In this document: piece by piece, positions 27,096 to 42,812 of the stretch
Layout of the letters: each line of letters opens with the position of its first letter
Position numbering within the stretch: the stretch's first letter is position 1
From: the human T2T-CHM13v2.0 reference genome, Homo sapiens
Assembly (NCBI RefSeq): GCF_009914755.1
Contig: NC_060929.1
DNA: 64,000 nt
Reading direction: 5' to 3' (one strand)
Notes under the pieces: generated by a model
The model's input: the letters and a program-made list of their open reading frames with translations, nothing else
Database searches by the model: none
What the model was told of the DNA's origin: nothing
Program-made: the position numbers and the translations under genes

Positions 27096-30000
27096 TAAAT
27101 TTCCCCTTTAAAATTATTAACTTTACCCTTTAAAAGCAAGGCTGCAGTGCTCATTTTTGTATGGGTTTTCTATATGATAAAATTTTATTCATGTAGTTAT
27201 AGGCATTATTAAATTTGGACCAACCAACAATATGGGAGTGCCTCTGCTGCCTCACCCTGTTACACACTGGATGTTACCATATTTTTTAACTCACCCAAAG
27301 GGTGAGTCTTTCAGAAAGCTGGTATATGAAAAAAATAGAATTTCCCAATTGTCTGTTTTCATTTCTTTCAGTTGTGTCTTAGGTTAAGGCTTAGCATAGA
27401 TGAATATACTTTTTAAACATTTGCATTTTCCATGTGTAAACTTCCTATCCATATCCAATTCCTGATTTGATCTCTTTCATGAGTCATTCATTTTATTACA
27501 TGGTCACTGGAAGGGGTGATTTTTGCATTAAAATGCAGCCCTCTCTGAGTAATATTTTCCCTGTTTGACATTTTTTTCTTGAGATATACATGTTATAAGA
27601 TTTTATGCAGTAAAACTTATGAACACTTTTCTTTATAGCATCTAATGTGTGTTCCATGTTAAGATCTTTCTCACTTAAATCTTCCCAACTTAAAGATTAA
27701 GCATCAAACATTATAGAAAGATTAAAGATTATAGAAACATCACTCCCCCGATTCCTTCTGATTCTTCTAAGGTATCATTTTTTGGCTCCCTATCCTTTAT
27801 CCACTTGAAATGTATTTTTCTCCTCCTCATAAACAAACAAACAAATCAAAAATCACAAATACATATTAAAAAATCTAAACATCTCAAACCCCACACAAAA
27901 CAAACAAATTCAGGTGTTAGAGGAAGAGTAATAGATGTGAGTATGGTTTCTTTTCCCGTTATTCAAATGACATCCTTTTCAAATACTACAAGTTTATAAC
28001 AGAGAGTGTGAGCATAAGCATTTTAAAATCTCTAGCTTTGGGAATATGATTCCCAATAATGTACTATTTTAAATAAAAAATTATTCCAATGATCAGTCTC
28101 ATTGAATAAAACTTGAACCTGTATTTTTATTGTAGAAAACACATAAAAATTTTCTCAATTCTCAAGACACGCAATTGATTTAATAACACTTTTTTGTGCA
28201 GGGAATAGAGAAGATGAGAATAAACTATCACAACCAATGACTAAGACCATGAAAAGTGTGCATTTATTATCCAGGTGTCAGCAATTTCTTCCTGAGTAAC
28301 TTTGCATGTGCAGTGTTGTTCTGTAGAAAAATGCCCAGAGGAAGTTGCTGGAAATCTGGAGACCCTTCAAGTGCAACTCATGAGACAGACCCGGGTGGGG
28401 TGAGCGCTAAGAGTCCTTCTGCTCCCTGCTGTGACTCCACCTGGCTGTGCCAATGAGATCGAATCTGAGAGTGTCTTCATCTTACTAAACTAGCCAAAAG
28501 TGACATATTTATATTTGCGGCTCCTATGGCAAACCTGAGAGTAATTCTTTTATTGACAAAATAACATAGTGTATATCACATATGGGAATTCTCTGTGTAT
28601 GATTCTTTACGCAGAGCAAAAGCATAGCGAGGCTACACTTAGAGATCATTCAAAAGGCCTGCATTCCTTTTCGTGTTTCTTATTAAAGCAACATGACCAG
28701 TAGTTAAAATTAAACCTCCAAAAAGGGAAAAATTCCACGGGCTCCTCACGTTTACCCCAGACTTCCCATGCAAAGCTGCTTGGAGACTTAAAACAATGCC
28801 ACAGTGTTAGAGGGAAGTATTTCAAGCTGTTTTAAGTGGAAAGCTGCATGTAATAACATCTCTTTCTTCTGATGATTCCAATGGTTCTGCACGTTCTTAA
28901 CATTACACTTATCCTTTAAAATGTTAAAATGTCTTTACAAACACAAATGCCCATTCAATAAAATATCATGTATATTTAAATATAATTTCCTCATGCAAAA
29001 TATTTTACACCATGGGCAAAATTCTGATGAGATCTACCTTTATTCTAAATTATGTCTTAAGAAAATCTATTACACAATTTTATTTTTGGAAGCTGGATCT
29101 CTTTAAGAAACTGTGGAAAATCATGGGTTTCCAATTAATGCAGCCATTGTGAAAGTGGCTTTTCTGTATTCCACTTTGAAAATGTTTTTCCTTGTGTGAT
29201 AAATATTTTTAATAAAAGTTTTAGCTTGATTTAATTATTCTAAATTGTAAACATATGTCATAGCATCATTTTGTACCCCATAAATATATTCTGTTCAAAT
29301 ATAATTATCAACATTCAATTTTAAAATTTCCATAATGTGTTAATGACCTTACACTATTCTCATTTTACATATTACCCTGGTATTTGAAAGTATCTGAATT
29401 TAGATAAAAATGTTAGTCAGAATCCGAAGGTTTAATTTTTTTCAAAAACACACTTATTGAGGGTATTTTTTAGAGCTAAACATATATTTGGAGACAGGCC
29501 TTAATTCTAAAAAGCAGGATAAATGTCTACTTTCCTTTCCACATGACAATAACATCAACATATATCTAAAGTATTTCTTTACATTTTAAAAATTTGCAAT
29601 TACGTTTTTTGTTAGTTGGAGTAACAGAAAAATAAGTTTATTCATTAAAATATTTTCACTGTATTTCTGAAAAGTTGAGATTTATTAATAAGTACAATTC
29701 CTCGTGCCTATTAGATTATCTAAGTATCAGTGATGACTTTATCTGGCTTGTCACTGTCACACTAATTATCATTAGGTCAGTTTATTTTTGATATTAAGAA
29801 TTTTTGCCATTTTGTTAATATAAAATGTATTCTTACACATGGGATTTTAAAAGTGTTTCAATCATGTATCAATTCAGCACATACTTACGAGCACTTGCTA
29901 TGAAGTCAACTTTGAAAGTGCTGGGTGTACCATGGCAAACAGACACTGTCACTGAGCTCCAAGAACTTCCCATTTGGTTAAGAAAGTAAATATTAAATAG

Positions 30001-30559
30001 TTACATGATAAATATCAACAACCAGTTGCAAAGGAAGAATTCAAAGGGCCATAAGAGTCTGGTGAATCCCCACTTCGATGGGTGGGTGAGCCTTGGATGA
30101 GAGGATATGTAGGGACTGGAACAAATGGGATGAACAGAAGTGACCCATTTGATAGGCGCCAGCAAGAACAGAACCTTTTTGCAGAGAGATCAGCTTGGGA
30201 AAAGCACTCAGTGGGGAGAGAACTTGGAGAGTTTGAAGAACTGGTAAAATGGAGGCTGGACTTGGGCTGAAGCTTGAGGAGAGAAATGGGCAGAGTCCTT
30301 GGGCTCCACTAAAGATTGAGGGTTTCCTTGCAAGTGTTGCATACTTTAAAGTGCTTCCCAAATACTGTGCAAGAGCCACACTTCAAACATCAATATTAAC
30401 TTCTATTATCATTACAATGATTGTGGTAGTGATCAAACTGCCTATGAATTATCCCTTCCCTAATTCCTATGAAAATCTGTCTCATTCCTAAGTACCATGT
30501 TACCATATACTTCATAAGCTATTCTTGTACTTTAAGAGCTGCAATTAAAAACATTATCT

Positions 30560-30848
<289 letters not shown>

Positions 30849-33517
30849 ATTATCTTACAAAAAATAAGACTGAAGAAAATTCCAAGTAGACAATAGCCTT
30901 CCTGAGACATCCACAGATCCTTCAATTGGTAAATCCAACTAGAACATACATTTTCATTGTTTTCCTCTTCTGCAAAACTAGAACAAAAATACCTATTCAC
31001 AGGGCTGTTTGGAGAGTTATATCGTGCTAGACAGTATATAAAAAAGGTTTTTTTGAGATGGAGATGCATACAGTTGTTATAATTAGTCCCTAAGCACAAT
31101 TTCAAGTTATTATACACTATGGATTTCTGAGGTAGTTGAAAACATTCTATATTGAAAATACTAAGTCCAGCAATAATTCACATTACATGCTATGATTTGT
31201 AGGTGAAATTAATGTACTTGATTTCAATTAGTGATTAACTTTTAATACTTTTCATGTATTAAAAACTACTCGGCTTAACATTAAATAACACTGATCAAAT
31301 ACAATGGCTGTTTTTTACATTTCATTTTGCACTTAATATTAAATTTAAATAATTGACTTATACTGGCACTAATATTAAGCATACTAAGCATATGTTCTTT
31401 TAGTTAAAACCCATAGGCAAATATAACATTTCAATTTTCCTGAAAAATCTGTTTTAAAATTGAACAAGATTGATACACATTTTACAGTAAAGCATTTCAG
31501 GAAAATTGATAATTTAAAAAACAGTGATGGGATTAGATAGAGCACATGTGAAATAAGCAAGTCAAAAGTTCTTCCTGGATCTAGGACTTGTGATTAACTT
31601 GGTTTGCCAGCTTTGGTTTCTGACCTGATGCAGAGACCCCGTTCCACTCCCTCTTTAAGCACTGAATCCTGAGCTGTTTATCTTGACCTCCTTGTGGGCT
31701 TCAATCATTGTAAATTTTCTCTAGAACAAATATAAAGTCTTTCTAGAAAGGCCAAGACTGCCTCCAGGACAAAGCCAAGAAAGGCAGCCTCTTCCATGGC
31801 TAGGATTGTACCAGGGGACCAAAACCAGGACAAAGGAGGCACAGGGTGTTTCAATGGCCCAACATAAACCTTCCATGGTTCCACGATGTGGAAGTAACTC
31901 ACCAGGAATGGCAACCAGAAACAGCTGTGTCTATGTGCTCAGGAAGAAAAGAAAATAATTACTGGTCACTTCATTCAGGGAGAAACCCACACCATTGGTA
32001 TTCCACATTCTCTATTCCATAAGTAGGCATAATTATAGGTACCTCCAAAGTTCACCCTCCCCCAGTGTCCTCTCCTCTTGGCTAATTAAGATTTAAAATG
32101 AAGACACAATTACTTATTTGCTATATAACATGTTTTTCTTTTTCAAGAGAAACACTTCTGTGAAATAGGGTTTAAGGGTCAACAATTATGCCTGAAGAAT
32201 GCAGAAGGTGTCAAGTAATACATTTTAATTTTTACTCAAAACCTTAAAAGGGCATAAGTCCAGAGGGGAAAATATGTATTATTCTGTTTTCTTATAATTC
32301 ACCTAACTTAACAGTTTGACTGCAATTGAGTGGAAGAGGTTCAATGCCAAGGAACCCTTCTGTGTAGTACAGCCCACCCCTCAGAAAGAACATTTGTCCC
32401 TCTCAGCGGGTAGTTACAGCAAGTGTGAGGTCTGCCTTGAATGTGGATTCTCTGGTGCCCTCATGACTGCTGGGCAGCCGGTGACAGTGGTGAAGGCAAG
32501 CACCTGGCTCTCTTCACACTTGGCCTTGTGTAGCCTTCATCAGTGCCTGAATCCCAGTTGCTCTTGTGTGGATAGAGACATGTTCACTTGAGACAGGGAA
32601 TTATTGCAAATCCATGGACAGATGCTCCCGCTGCTTGGATGAGGCCATGCTGACATCACTCACCCAAGCACATCATGTGGTCATGCTAGAGTCTCATGAA
32701 CTGTTGATTTGCCCCGGCAGAGTCAGGTAACAATTGAATGAAAGGAGAAGAATCCTCCTCTCAGACAACATGAAGTTGTTTGAAGGCAGAGCAGCAAATG
32801 ATTGGCTGGTCAGTTTACCTTCAGTTTAGTCCGGAGACCATGAGAAGTATATGTGGGCAAAGAAGGCAAACCACACATAAAAGAGCAGTCTGTCATTTTT
32901 ACTTTTTTTTTTTCCTTTTCTTTCTTGTTTGTTCATTCACTTTTTATTTTGACTTACATCTAGGACAGAGGGAGACTTTGAATCCCAGCCTTCAACATAG
33001 TGTGCAGAAAGTGTAAAAGACCACTCACAGGCAGTGCCAGCTCAGAAGGACCTGCATGAACTGAGTATAGTATTAAAACAGGAAAGGAACTATCTTGTGT
33101 CAAATTCTTATTAAGTACCAGCCCCCTAACATAGCCTCTCTCTCTTTATCTCCAATAACACACTCCTATGGAAACAGGGTTGAGAAATAAGATACAAAGA
33201 CTTTGAGTAACTGGCTTATGGTCACACACACAAAAGCCCCATCCAGAACCATCTGAATGCAAAGCTCATGCTCTTTCCATAGGCAAGCTGTTTTGCAAAC
33301 ATATGAGAACAGTTATCTCCTTAAGAATTCACTGGACTATGCAGCAAATAAAAATCTTAGGAGAAGTCCAGGTGCTCGTATTTAGAATAACTCAGGTGCA
33401 GGGGTCTGGAGCCAAGAAGTGGTGGCAGCTCAAGCTTTCCTATGGAATTCTTACATAACTTTAAATTTGAGAGCTCAAAAGCAGGAGGCCTGTGGAGTAG
33501 ATATTAAAGAAGAAAAC

Positions 33518-33862
<345 letters not shown>

Positions 33863-35157
33863 TCAACTGAAGTACAAACAGTTGGTAATAGATTTTCAAA
33901 CTTTACCCAGCTGACTGTTGAAAACACACATTGCCATTTAGAGACCAAGGACACATTCTCTTTGTAAAGCAGTTTCACGTGTTGATGGGTTCTTACCCAC
34001 CCTGCCCAGGGTCTGGGGGTGTTACCTTACGACAACACTGGAATACACTGTGCTCCAGCCCAAGCCTACCTTGGAACCCCTCTTATCATGTCTTCCTCAC
34101 TGTCCTAATTAGCACTTACCACTTTTGTTAGTGCCAGCACCAACAAAAACTCGGTGCATTTACTTTCTGCCATTTCTCTATTTTTAAAAACAGATTTAAT
34201 GGTGGCATCCATATAATGTTGCTGTGCTTTATTACATTTTTGTTGTGTCATACAGATGTCTTCATAGGTGTCGCTTAATGGCTTCAGAATAACTCAATCA
34301 GAGAACAATCGTTGAAAGGATGTATCATAAGTGGTGATTAATTCCCTTACTACTGGAAATTGAAAATTAGAACACTGGTTATGATACAGATATAGCTTTA
34401 AAAAATAATTGGAGAGGAACATTAGGTGAGGAGATTAGGTCCTAGTGTATTCCGGGATCAGACTTTAAAGATAAATCGATTTTGGAATAAATTCTAAGGC
34501 AACTCCAAGGTCCTTCGGTTCAGTTCCATGACAGCAGGTGATTTTACTTACACCAGAATTTCTTATTACACTCTGAGTCCTCTGAAGGCAGGGTCAGGGA
34601 TGCCTCATTCATCATCCTCTATGCAGGGCCCCACTTGGTGTTTGGCATGTATTGAGTTCAATAAATATAATATAAAGGAATTAATTACAAAAAATCCACA
34701 TTCTCTAGAGGTTAAACCAAAGCCAGCACAAACAAAAACTCAAGACTTTGAGATTTGGCAAATATTAAATTCATTCTGAGGGGATAATATTTACTTTGTA
34801 AAATGGGTACATGTCAAAATGTCCTCCTGAATGTTTATTTGATTAATGACCAAATGAGTAAGGTTGTCTGGCTGGGAGACCACGTGGAGACCCTGCAATT
34901 TCTCTGTACACATTGTATGCTTTTTCCATTGGCAGATGCTGTCTTTAGGGAATATTTAATTAAGAAAGGTGTCAACCTATTAACTCCGGCTTTTAAAACT
35001 TTGACCTTTAGAGCAATAAACATCCTGTAGTAATCTAATTTTCCATACTAATTTTTTGATGAGGTGTTAATTTCTTTAACTAAATGATACTATTAAAGGC
35101 TAACTGCATTAAGAACGCCCAAATACCAGTTCACTCAATAGAACCAATGTCTTTTTC

Positions 35158-35444
35158 CTTTTCTTTTTCTTTTTCTTTTTTTCTTAGACAGAATCTTGCT
35201 CTGTCACCCAGGCTGGAGTGTACTGCAACCTCCGCCTCCTGGGTTTAAGCGATTCTCCTGCCTCAGCCTCAGAGTAGCTGGTTTTACAGGCTTGTGCCAC
35301 CAAGCCCAGCTAATGTTTGTATTTTTAGTAGAGACAGGGTTTCACCACGTTGGCCAGGCTAGTCTCGAACTCCTGACCTCTTGATCCACCCGGGTCAGCC
35401 TCCCAAAGTGCGGGGATTATAGGAATGAGCCACCACGTCCTGCC
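35158..35444 (-). mobile_element. Alu (AluS) with a small deletion
   Basis: Reverse Alu; TSD caatgtctttttc. Confidence 0.92.
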
Positions 35445-36239
35445 CAATGTCTTTTTCTTAATGGTCCATCTTTCCCTCTAGTCTTATAAGGCACAATTTA
35501 AAAGGTGTGACTCTTTTATATGTAAGCTATAATACTTCCAGTTCCCAGATTTTCTCTCCTTTCCCCCAATTAGTTCATTAAGCAAAAATAAAACAAACCA
35601 AAAAAAAAAAAAAAAAACCCACCTAAGGCCCAAAGGCTTTCAATCCTTTTGCTACTGTATGATATTGCCACATTTTTCTGCAAAGGAATTTTATTTTGTC
35701 ACAAGAATTTTGCTTCCTTTCAAGGTATGAAGTAAATTAGCAGATAAGGGAGAGGCAGAATGTCCATTTGCTAATTTAACAAATATTATATTTACTGACC
35801 CTTTTTTGAGCTGGATACCAGGCTGGGGGCTTCATTGAACTCAGAAGCACAGAGGAAGCCCAGGCTTTGGGAGCTTATGTTCCCACAGCTTGAATGAAGC
35901 CTGTGCTGGCATGCAGGAATTTACAGTCTACTTTCTGTTCTATGATAAAAGATTAAGTGCACACTCTTTCAATGAATGTTAAATAAAAAATTAAGATTGT
36001 ATGAGTAAGTATCCAAAGGGTAGAAAATTCCATGGTGTTCAGAAAATATTAGGGTACAGATTAACCTATGTAATTTAATAACTCATTTGATAAATGAAAT
36101 ACCTAATTTTCTAAATTAGTGTTATTAAGGAACATTCATTTATTCAAAAGGTAGATGATAATCTAACTTAGGGGTCAGCAAACCACACAGCCTGTGGCCA
36201 AATTCATACGGCCACCTAAACTTTTCCTGAAACACAGAA

Positions 36240-37046
36240 CTGGGGAATGTTCCTCTCTGGTGACTGTTCATGAGTGCACAGAGGCCACAGGGCAAGGCTT
36301 ACTCACAAGTGACCTAAGCTTTGGCCCCAGGATCCTCCCTGGTCCTGGAACGCGGGAGGATTATGAGGAACTGCTGCAAAACCATTCCTCCCTCATCCCT
36401 ATGTCCCAGGAAGGCTGTCAGGAGCTTCTCATTGCTTTCCAGGTTCTGATGAGGTGTAAGGCTTTCTGCCCCTTCATATACCCGCACTAGGATACAGCTT
36501 TAGGCTCTAAAACTGCCAGGCTACAGCATGGAACGGGCTCCTGAGAGTACAGTGCCTTAGTCCTCCTGCTGCACTGTCACCTGGCCATTTTGTTTTGTTT
36601 TGTTTTGGTTTTGAGACAGAGTCTCACTCTGTCGTCCAGGCTGGAGTGCAGTGGTGTGATCTCGGCTCACTGCAACCTCTGCCTCCCGGGTTCAAGCGAT
36701 TCTCTTGCCTCAGCCTTCTAAGTAGCTGTGATTTCAGGCATGCGCTACCATGTCCAGCTAATTTTTGTATTTTTAGTGGAGACGGGGTTTTGCCATGTTG
36801 GCCAGGCTGGTCTTGAACTCCTGACCTCAAGTGATCTGCCCTCCTCAGCCTCCCAAAGTGCTGCAATTACAAGTGTGAGCCACCATGCCCGGCTGCCCCT
36901 TTTGTTTTGATGTCATCCTGTGGGACAAGGGATGTGGTGAGTAGACTCATTTTCTGCTCTTTTTTTGGCTAAGTAATAAACTGTCTGGATCTAAAAGCGG
37001 ATCACACTTTTTTCAACAGACAAATCCATCAGCCTTGCTTGACCCA
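36240..37046 (+). mobile_element. LTR-like insertion (ERVL MER54/MER74-group-like) inside MER58A
   Basis: Interrupts MER58A; carries an LTR-like gtaataaactgtct polyA region. Family assignment is tentative. Confidence 0.5.
36588..36894 (-). mobile_element. Alu (AluSx-like) nested in the LTR-like element
   Basis: Reverse Alu with a (TTTTG)n tail. Confidence 0.94.
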
Positions 37047-37236
37047 CACATCTACCCATTCATTATGGTCTATGGCTGCTTTCACACTGCAAGGGAAGAG
37101 CTGAGGAGTTTCAACAGAGACTGGACATCTGTGCAGCCTACAAGTGTTTCTCTCTGGCCCTTTGCAAAGAAAGTTTGCCAACATGCTGATCCACTCCACA
37201 CAGAGGCCTTAAAATGACTTTAAAAGTCCACATCAG

Positions 37237-37685
<449 letters not shown>

Positions 37686-37879
37686 TTATTAGAGCACAGG
37701 TCCTGTGGCTGCTCTTTTCCTCCTGAATTACAGAGGTGGGAAGCCTATGAGTTCTTGGCCAGAGCTCATAGGGTAGCAGGTTCTGACTTCGCATTGGTGT
37801 TTACACAAGGCAGGAAGTCAGTGAGTGGCTGCTCTTGGCTGCTCCATCCTGTGCCTCCTCATGGAGACTTTTTCCACTA

Positions 37880-38014
37880 AATTAATTTATTCATTGTAGA
37901 GACAGGTCTCATCATGTTCCCCAAGCTAGTCTTGAATTCCTGGCCTCAAGCAATCCTCCTGCCTCAGCCTCAAGAAGTGCAGGGATTACAGGTGTGAGTC
38001 ACCACTTCCAGCCT
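37880..38014 (-). mobile_element. Alu monomer (FLAM/left-arm-like)
   Basis: gtagagacagg..ctcaagcaatcctcctgcctcagcc..gattacaggtgtgag; TSD-like ttttcc(c)act. Confidence 0.85.
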
Positions 38015-40664
38015 TTTCCCACTTTAAAGACCACATGATGCTACTCGACCATGAGCCAGGTGCATGGCCTGGCCCACAGGATGAGGTCAGCTTTCCTGTC
38101 TTCCCCTGTTACTCATGGTACTCATAGCTGGGCCTTCCCAGATCCCCAAATTCCTCAGAAATTAGTGAATGTGAACTCACTTTTGCAACTTATACACAGA
38201 TGTGGTCAATAAGGCCTAAAATGAAAAAGGATATGCATGAATAGTGCAGTTTCTCTGGTACTCTACATCCCCAGAGATCACCACCAATTCCAATGAGTTA
38301 GCTTTGTCTTTTGAATGATTTTCTCACTCTATCTATTAAATGGCTGTGCTAAAAAAAAATGCTAACATCAAAACACAATTTTTTTACTCGTCTTTGAGGT
38401 CAAACTTGACGGAAATATAATTTTGAAATATTGATCTTTTAAAATAACTTTCTAAGGCAACAGTGCTATGTTCTGATCAGTCACAACACACGTGTGGTCA
38501 GTACAGGCAGGTGTTCTCTCACCACTCCCAACCCCCGCCGCCTGAGGTCCCAGGATCTCCTTAAGAATAACCAGGGAATGGAGACTCAGCTTAGAAAGCT
38601 TTGGAAAAACAGAGTATAAAACCTCCTTCATGTTTGCTTGATCCAGTCTGATGGCAAGCAGAATGAGGAAGAGGCTAACGGGAAGGGGGTTGAGCCTCTC
38701 TCAGAAGACCTGGCTTCTGCCTGTCTGGGTACTGACCAGCTCTGCCTCTCAGTTTCACACATGAAGAGTGCAATCCAGCAGCTCCTTCAGCTGAAATCTG
38801 ACCACTGAATGGGTGGTCCTCGTTGTACCGGGGCAGCAGAAACAACCAGTAATACAACATGGGCCTGGGGCAGTCTCGGCTCTGACCCAGGTCTCATGTT
38901 GCAGTAGCTATGTGACTTTGAGCAGGACACCAAAAATATGAGCTGCCATTTCCTCATCTGAACAATGGATATGGTATGCTACTTTACTTTCAGGATTGAA
39001 ATAATAATCCCGCCAAATTCTCACAAAATCTAGCATATTGTCAGATATGTGAAAGAAATTTGTGAAATTGTATCAGTTATCATTTATACACATTTTAATA
39101 AATGTCATTGTGCATTGTCTTTGGAAAAAAGACTCAAGAAAATTAAACATGTAAACATGATTTAGAAGGAGATGGGTAATTTAGATAAGCAGTTTCCCTT
39201 TTTAAATACTTCAAGATTCATTTATAAGACTGGTTTTCCAATAATAAATGGCATTACTGAGATTCTATGATGGAAAGTATATTGGCAAAGAAATTAGTAT
39301 CCAATCGTTACCCAATTGTTTTCCTATTCCTATTTAGTGTACTTCTTTAAGCATCTTTCTGAAAGATTAAAATTGCTTTTGTCAAAAAACCCCACAATTT
39401 TTCCTTATAATTTATAAAAAATGTTTGTGCAGTTATTTTTTTTTAAAGATTCTTTTCTCCATGGAATGTTAACTAGGGAGGGTTTCCTATCTTTCTACAG
39501 GAGTAGGATAATAGAGAAACACATTGGAAATATTCAGAGAAATGCTTGGGTTGAAATCTTTAGTTTTCTTTTCTCGAATGAAATACTAAAGGACCAGGCA
39601 AAAACTAACCCCCTCTGAGGAAGGGCACACAGAAGACTATAGTCTATCAGTTGAAAATGAAGTTACGATTTCTTACTGCTTCTCTCAGAGTAAACAGCAG
39701 GATGATTAAGCTCCAGCTATAAATGTCAAGCTCCTTCCCTCTCAGGAGCCCAGTGAAGACACACCAGTGTCATCATTCTCCTTGAAAGGAAAGAGGGAAC
39801 AGTGAACTCCTCCCCAGGCCTCTGTGCCTGGAGCACCAGCTCCTGTGGATCCACAAGTGGGCTGGCAGTTCAGGTGCATGAGAGATGCCAGGGACACTGT
39901 GCCTCTCATCACTGATCTGATGCAGAACTTAGTTCCTAAGTTGCGTGTACAAGAGGCTGAGCGATTATGACCCAGACTCAAGGAAGGAGAGCAACCTGTA
40001 AAAGATGAATTGCCTCATGCTCTGTAAGCCATGCACTCCCATTCTGGCACCAGAATCACCCTGCAGACAGCACAGGCCTGCGGCTTCCTGTGGGTTATCC
40101 CGTGTCACCCTCCAAAAAGGTCATCCTTCACTGAGCTGGAGTTGAAAGACTGGTGTCCTTCTAGATATATTCCAGCTATGACATCCTGTTGGCCAGACCC
40201 CAATCCTGTTACCCACTGAACCAACAGCAACTGGAGGAAGAATAATTCCTTCCCTAGGCTAGTTCTGCAGGGAACACAAACCAGAACACATTTCAAGCAG
40301 CCAGTGGTTAAATTTAGGAAGTAAGCATATATAAGAATGGCAGTTAATAAATACCACTAGCTGTTATTAATGTTCACAATATCATTATGATTAGCTGGGA
40401 GGTTCCTGGCATTATTCCTCAACTCTCTCTCTCATTTCAAAGGAGACATTAAAGACTTCATTTTCTAGAATCATCTTGACAGGCTTATTGCTGTGATTAC
40501 ACATCAAAACCTTCCTTCCACCTAAGAATACTCACTTTGCAGAGTGCTTAAATTTTATACTCTATATATTATCCTATTTGAGTCTACAGCAATTCACATG
40601 TGTTGAGTGACAAAGTGAATTCTGAAATACTTTTGCGACCTGGGTCAAGAAACAGCAACAACAG

Positions 40665-40957
40665 GGCTGGGCGCAGTGGCACACGCCTGTAATCCCAGCA
40701 CTTTGGGAGACAGAGGCAGGTGGATCACTCAAGGTCAGGAATTCGGGACCAGCCTGGCCAACATGGTGAAACCCTGTCTCTACTAAAAATACAAAAATTA
40801 GCTGGGCATGCTGGCACATGTAATTTCAGCTACTCAGGAGGCTGAGGAAAGAGAATCGCTTGAACCCAGGAGGTGGAGATTGCAGTGAGCCGAGATCACA
40901 CCACTGCACTCCAGCCTGGGTTACAGAGCAAGACTCCATTTCAGAAAAAAAAAAAAA
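40665..40957 (+). mobile_element. Alu (AluS)
   Basis: Full Alu; TSD gcaacaacagg. Confidence 0.94.
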
Positions 40958-41528
40958 GGCAACAACAGGTCTGTTCCATGAACCCTAGCTTCTGAGTTCC
41001 AAAGCCAGTGTAACTTGGCACCTTGTTTAGAGAGAGAGTGGCCTGTGTAGGGCAGATGTCTGTGAGTGATATATCAAAAAGGACTATTTCTACTCCAAAT
41101 CTGCAATTACACCCTGCTTTAGGAGTGGAATTAAACAAGACGCCTAAGAACATTTAAGATTCTGATTTCCCCAAGGGCGATCTTTTGTCAGGGATCAGAG
41201 TGTATATACAATCTCCCGGAGTAAAGTGCTGGTCAGGTGTGTGATGTATACAGTACTTTTTCATTTCCTAAGTACCTGGGCCAACATGTTTCCAAATTAA
41301 ACTTTAAACACAACTGTGGTTGATCGTGGATGTCCCACGGAAGATAAGACTGGCCTGAGGGTGAAGGAAGATGCAATGACTCTTGGGTTTCCCTGTGGCT
41401 GGAGACCTCCCTCCCTACCCTCTCTGCAGGCTCAGGAGAGAAGCAGCACTCCAGGGGAGCTGGTGCCAAGGACAGTGGCGGGGGAGGGGGGGGTGTCCCG
41501 GAAAGTGGGTGCCACTGCAGCAACATCA

Positions 41529-42044
<516 letters not shown>

Positions 42045-42359
42045 TTAACAGATTAATACAGTCATCAAATATCAGTATTACCACTGAGTGTTCTAAGGCA
42101 CTGAATAATTTATTTTAACCCTGACAACTTCTTACAGGTATTATAACGTGGCTCCTCCTCTGAGGAGAACTGGTGGGTTATTCTCATCACAGTGAATCTA
42201 TTTTAATGAAAGCTCTGCATCCTAGAGCACAGGACTCTCAGAGGCATGAAGGGTGGCTCTGAGGCCATTCAACTTCAGGGCATCTGAAGCCTCCCTGGCT
42301 CTCTCTGGGTGGGCCCTTCACACACACACCAGTGCATCCTGACCCCGGAGATGCCCTAC

Positions 42360-42567
42360 CTGCGTGTGCGGTAGAACTGGCACCTCTTCAGGGGGATCTT
42401 GACCACGTGCTCCCGCAGGCCCACGAACAGGACACTCTGGCTGTGCAGGATCTGCAGGCTCCTGATGGGCTCCCTCCGCCTCTCAGGGAAGAGCTCAATC
42501 TCTTCCAGCAAACAGCTGCTTGAGGTCTGATTCAGGGGTACCCGCACTTTCTTAATGGTTCCGTAAT
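42360..42567 (-). CDS. SEMA5A: SEMA5A internal coding exon, 208 nt (end of Sema domain, start of PSI); phase 1 in, phase 2 out
   Basis: Acceptor ...ccttcatAG|ATTACGGA; donor CGCAG|GTaggg. Encodes (D)YGTIKKVRVPLNQTSSSCLLEEIELFPERRREPIRSLQILHSQSVLFVGLREHVVKIPLKRCQFYRTR(S). Confidence 0.96.
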
Positions 42568-42651
42568 CTATGAAGGTCACAGGATGAAAAGGAAACAAGG
42601 TCAGAGGGTCTCACAAACCAATCCCTGGTTAAACAGAGTGTGCTGTGTATG

Positions 42652-42812
42652 CAGCCATGGATCTTCAGCCAGGAAAGCCATCTGAGCATCCTTCAAAAAC
42701 AGTACACCTGGACACCACTGCAGACCAGTTAGGTCAGCTGCACTGGATGTGGGGCCCAGGCAGCAGTATCTTTTAAAATGATGCTCTCATGTAGCAAGGG
42801 ATGAGGACTAAT
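42652..42812. mobile_element. MER5A-like hAT MITE (degenerate)
   Basis: gtggggcccaggcagcagtatcttttaa...tgaggactaat resembles MER5A. Confidence 0.55.

Larger units (their letters stand above)
36170..37188 (+). mobile_element. MER58A hAT MITE split into 36170-36236 and ~37047-37188
   Basis: Left end aggggtcagcaaac..ggccaaat; right part tggtctatggctgctttcac..ctggccctttgca..aagtttgccaac. Confidence 0.75.
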
